Below, piece by piece: positions 61,821-64,000 of a stretch of DNA of 64,000 nucleotides. The stretch is from Podarcis muralis. Taxonomy: Eukaryota. The DNA is taken from the NCBI RefSeq assembly GCF_964188315.1, contig NC_135655.1, forward strand, positions 82,894,001 through 82,958,000, written 5' to 3'. The translations under genes and the position numbers were made by a program. The notes under the pieces are model-generated. The model did no database searches. It was not told where the DNA came from and worked only from the letters and a program-made list of their open reading frames with translations. The first letter of the stretch is position 1, and the number at the start of each line of letters is the position of its first letter.

Positions 61821-61830
61821 TCTCTCTCAG
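61788..61830. repeat. (CT)n tract forming the polypyrimidine tract of the G3 5' UTR acceptor
   Basis: tctctctctc... ending in tctctcag|gtgctg. Confidence 0.8.
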
Positions 61831-61869
61831 GTGCTGTTTCTTCTGGTACCTGCATCAGTCTCCCACGCT

Positions 61870-63442
61870 ATGTTGATCCTATCCTGCTCTTCCAAGTTGC
61901 AGATCCTAGAGGGACTGCTGAAGAAAAGCCTCCCTCAGACACTTCAGGTGATCCTGAGCAATGTATTCTGGATTATTTAGCTCAGAATATGGGACCAAAT
62001 TCCTGCCAAAATCTTGCATCTTCCGAAAGATCCACATTTGGAGTCTGATAAGTCTGATAAGTTTCCGTGTGCTGCGCTGGCTCGCCAGATGCAGCTTGTC
62101 ACGCTGGCCACGTGACCCGGAAGTGTCTGCGGACAGCGCATGCCTATAGAGTGAGATGAGCGCACAACCCTAGAGTCTGGCAAGACTGGCCCGTACGGGC
62201 AGGGGTACCTTTACCTTTACCTTTAAGTTTGTTTAAGTCAATAAACAGGTGCTTGAAAATATGGGTATTATACAGATACACTGCACAGAGAGATAAGATT
62301 GGCCGCAGCTCCTTGTTGAGGGCACAGCTGATGTGAACTGAGTGTGTGATGTCTGAAATGGCCCTGTCAATTCCTACACTTGGTTTGTCAGGTGGGAGGT
62401 AGAATGCCCTCACTAGGGATGAGGGAGAAACTCAATTCAGTTTGCACGACCTAATTGCGCTTCCTGAAACAATACATGACAAAACACATTCTACGTTTTT
62501 CTGAATCTTGCAATGTTGTTCTTCACACAGTGGTGTAGCAACCACTGCCGGCACTATTGTCTCCATCCAAGTTACAATTACAAGATGCACATAGTAAAGG
62601 ATTCATAAAAAGGCACTGTACTGGAGAAATTGCTTTCTAAAAATATGTAAATTAGTTATAATCGTGCATATTAGGTGAAATTAACACCAAAAAGTACAAT
62701 TAATTTTTATGAGGACTTTTTATTTAATCCACACTAATGTGGAAATGAGGTGGACTGAAGATGGGGAAAATGGGGGGGGGGGGGCTGAGAGAAATGAAAA
62801 ATCAACAGATTTTCCTATCCCTAGTGCTCACTCAGGACACCCCAATCAAGGCATGCAGCAGATACAAGCCTACACAAACTACTAATTTTCTCTCCGACCC
62901 CAAACATTTCTCCCAGGCAGTCTCCTTCAACTGCAGCACCAACTCTGACATCATGTGACTCTTGACAGGTCTATGGTGCAGTCATGAACATAAACCGCGG
63001 GAACCCAGTGGGCCACGAGGTGATTGTGGATTCTTGGCCAGATTTCAAGGTGGTCCTGACTCGTCCACAGAGAGAGGTACTAGCCCTTGGGGATTTTGCA
63101 GGATACATTTTGTGGGATGTCAGCAGGAAACACTGCATGTTCTGTGCTGGGGCCTCCTCTAAGCCAGGCTCAAACTGAAAGGGGATGTTGGCTTTGGTCT
63201 AGGAGCGCACCTTTGGCATTAACAGCGGCCAAAGGGAGCAGGTGAAACTTCATCCATCATTTCATCTCAACATCAGGAAAAGGTTTACCTGTTCAATTGT
63301 ATGTCTCTCTTTTAGGCTGTTTCAGACAATGCGGATTTCTTGAGCAACATATATGCAGCATTTTATCGGGATCTTGATGTGTACCGGAAACTGTTGCTAG
63401 ACACAGATGCCATCAACTGGGACCAAACCTTTGCTCTCTGCG
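61870..63442 (+). CDS. GLYATL3-like: Glycine N-acyltransferase-like 3-type protein G3 (G2-related), 3'-partial
   Basis: Exons 61870-61947, 62969-63076, 63316-63442 ([26 protein letters not shown] / [36 protein letters not shown] / [25 protein letters not shown]...); the remaining exons presumably lie beyond 64000. Confidence 0.9.
62150..62225 (+). mobile_element. Sauria SINE 3' fragment
   Basis: gagcgcacaaccctagagtc...ggggtacctttacctttaccttt tail. Confidence 0.7.
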
Positions 63443-64000
63443 GTAGCAGGCTGTTATTTCTAAGGGAAGAGTTACGAGATGAGGAGACACGGTTTAGTTA
63501 CTTAATATGAATTTGATGAGGAAGTGACTGAAGTGAATGTAATAGAGAAATATGAGCAAAATAAAATACAAAACAATACATTGGGGAAGTAACATATGAG
63601 CTACGTTCCAGGTTTTACTACTGGTGTATAAAGCCCTACACAGGTTTGGTGGTAAAGCATGCTGTGATGTGAGCATGGGCTTTCTAGTATAGTAGTACCA
63701 GAATTTTCTGAAGTTTACTCGTCTTAAAAGCAAAGCAAGCCCCAACATTGATATGATTTTGATGGTTATTGAAACTTTTGTTTTGTCCCAAGCATTCCTG
63801 AATCAGTCCATTCTATTTGTGCTCTTTCAAATTCTGGTTGATTTTTATTTCTTAATGCTGTGTCGATAACCTATATAATGTTTAGTATACTGTTTCTCTA
63901 CACCTTTATTTGTACAGTATTTTGCATTTTTATAGCTAAATATTCAAGTGCAGTTGCTTTTTTATTGGAGACTTTGTGGAGGAAGCTCCTCAAAGAGTTG

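Noticed and set aside
1-64000. CRISPR arrays, rRNA genes or prokaryotic systems
   Set aside because: Vertebrate intron-exon DNA; no repeat-spacer arrays or rRNA signatures seen.

Overview
Eukaryotic (squamate, probably lacertid lizard, judging by the Sauria SINE, BovB and L1 content) genomic DNA; genes were rebuilt by hand from splice sites and reading frame. (1) 35-7714 (+): the last 15 coding exons of a Mondo-family (MLXIP/MLXIPL-like) bHLH-ZIP factor whose E-box-contacting His/Glu are replaced by Leu/Asp; possibly a third Mondo paralog. (2) 10577-14331 (-): intact 4-exon POLD4 with an upstream CpG island. (3) 15940-55030: head-to-tail triplication of a unit carrying two GLYATL3-like acyltransferase types. 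The order is G1a, G2a, G1b, G2b, G1c; the G2 gene of the first unit is deleted and G1c has a nonsense codon. (4) From 61870: a more divergent GLYATL3-like gene running off the window. The paralogous units expose filled and empty sites for many transposons. These include hAT and mariner MITEs, solo LTRs, twin-primed L1 and BovB insertions, a Sola2-like foldback element, and a hAT element that appears to have captured the promoter and N-terminus of RANBP9. Family assignments are from recall; no database search was run.
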